A stretch of DNA of 61,016 bases, the filler included, from Sphacelaria rigidula (Eukaryota): NCBI GenBank assembly GCA_964200075.2. It is 8 parts of 8 records of this genome, joined end to end, with 100 filler letters (N's around TTAATTAATTAA, not from the genome) between each part and the next. Parts side by side here need not be neighbours in the genome. Positions count along the whole stretch, not along the records: positions 53,478 to 61,016 come from CAXNAA020014438.1; 7 more parts are not named here. The stretch is one strand, 5' to 3'. Under the pieces are notes generated by a model. It made no database searches. It was not told where the DNA came from and saw only the letters and a program-made list of their open reading frames with translations. Positions 60,285 through 61,016 of this stretch are shown piece by piece; the stretch's first letter is position 1, and each line of letters opens with the position of its first letter. The position numbers and the translations under genes are program-made.

Positions 60285-60740
60285 AGAATAAATCCGCGGA
60301 GCGGACTATCACGATGCGATTTGTCAATCCGCACCGCTCCGTGGCATTTGTGGGGGGCGGATATCCGCTCCGTGACATTTTCGTTGGTGGATATCCGCTC
60401 CGCTCCGTGTAGATTACAGCTGCGCGGTTGGAACCGTGAAACGCGGTTTTCTACGGTGCGGTTTTATCCACTCCGTAGGTAATCCGTGCGTCCTCCGTGG
60501 CATAACTTACTGATCGAACCACTAAAAGGACACGGATTTCCACGGACGAAGTTGTTCTGAATGCCGGATAATTTAGAATTCGAAGGTTACAAATACCGTT
60601 CTGGATAAGCAATCCGCCGATACGGTTCTGAAAGTCTGCACTCCGTACTCCATGCGTGCGTTCTCCGTAGCATATCTCAGATCAAACCGCTGAAAAGCCA
60701 CAGCATCTCACGGATATATTGTACGGAATGCCGGGTAAGT
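60285..60740. repeat. ATCCG/CGGAT-motif array (probable MITE subterminal region)
   Basis: Dense TCCGT/CGGAT/GGATATCCGCTCCG motifs. Confidence 0.6.
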
Positions 60741-61016
60741 TGGAATTCGAAGTACAAAAATATTAGAGTCAGAACCTGGGGCGGGGCGGTCTCAGGACCC
60801 CCGACAACCGGTCTGCCCGTGAGTTGTTCAATGATAAGCGCAGATGTGGTCTTAATTTGGAATGTGGAGGGGATGCCTAGTAGATCCTCAAACTGTGGGA
60901 TCAAATGTCCGCTGGGATAAGCGGTGGCACGCGAAAACACTTTCACACGTCGGACGGATCAGGTCGTGACAGATCCGGGTCAGCTCATTTGGGGCATAAA
61001 TCATGATCTGTACGAG

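Overview
Eukaryotic, repeat-rich genomic DNA, probably from a brown alga or related stramenopile (inferred from the long introns and the transposon and SINE repertoire; not verified). The window is not one locus. It is eight contigs of 7541, 7540, 7540 and 5 x 7539 bp, apparently length-sorted and joined by identical artificial 100-bp spacers (N44-TTAATTAATTAA-N44), so nothing can be inferred across spacers. Contents: (1) the last three exons of an inositol-pentakisphosphate 2-kinase (IPK1/IPPK) gene in contig 6, the only confidently identified host gene; (2) a decayed tyrosine-recombinase retrotransposon (Ngaro/DIRS order: RT-RNase H + YR, no methyltransferase) in contig 3, interrupted by a MITE; (3) a decayed Ty3/gypsy element whose gag carries a CCCH zinc finger and whose RNase H is split by a 250-bp MITE with TGCA flanks; (4) a Ty1/copia remnant; (5) a probable Mutator transposase relic; (6) a 1300-bp non-autonomous hAT element with a perfect 8-bp TSD; (7) two tRNA-derived SINE families, many MITE/foldback elements, short-motif arrays and minisatellites; (8) candidate exons of unidentified genes. 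I found no convincing new multi-gene system. The best novelty candidates are unusual transposon architectures: the YR retroelement with an RT insertion, the CCCH-gag gypsy, the TGCA-flanked MITE and the motif-specific hAT-like MITE families.
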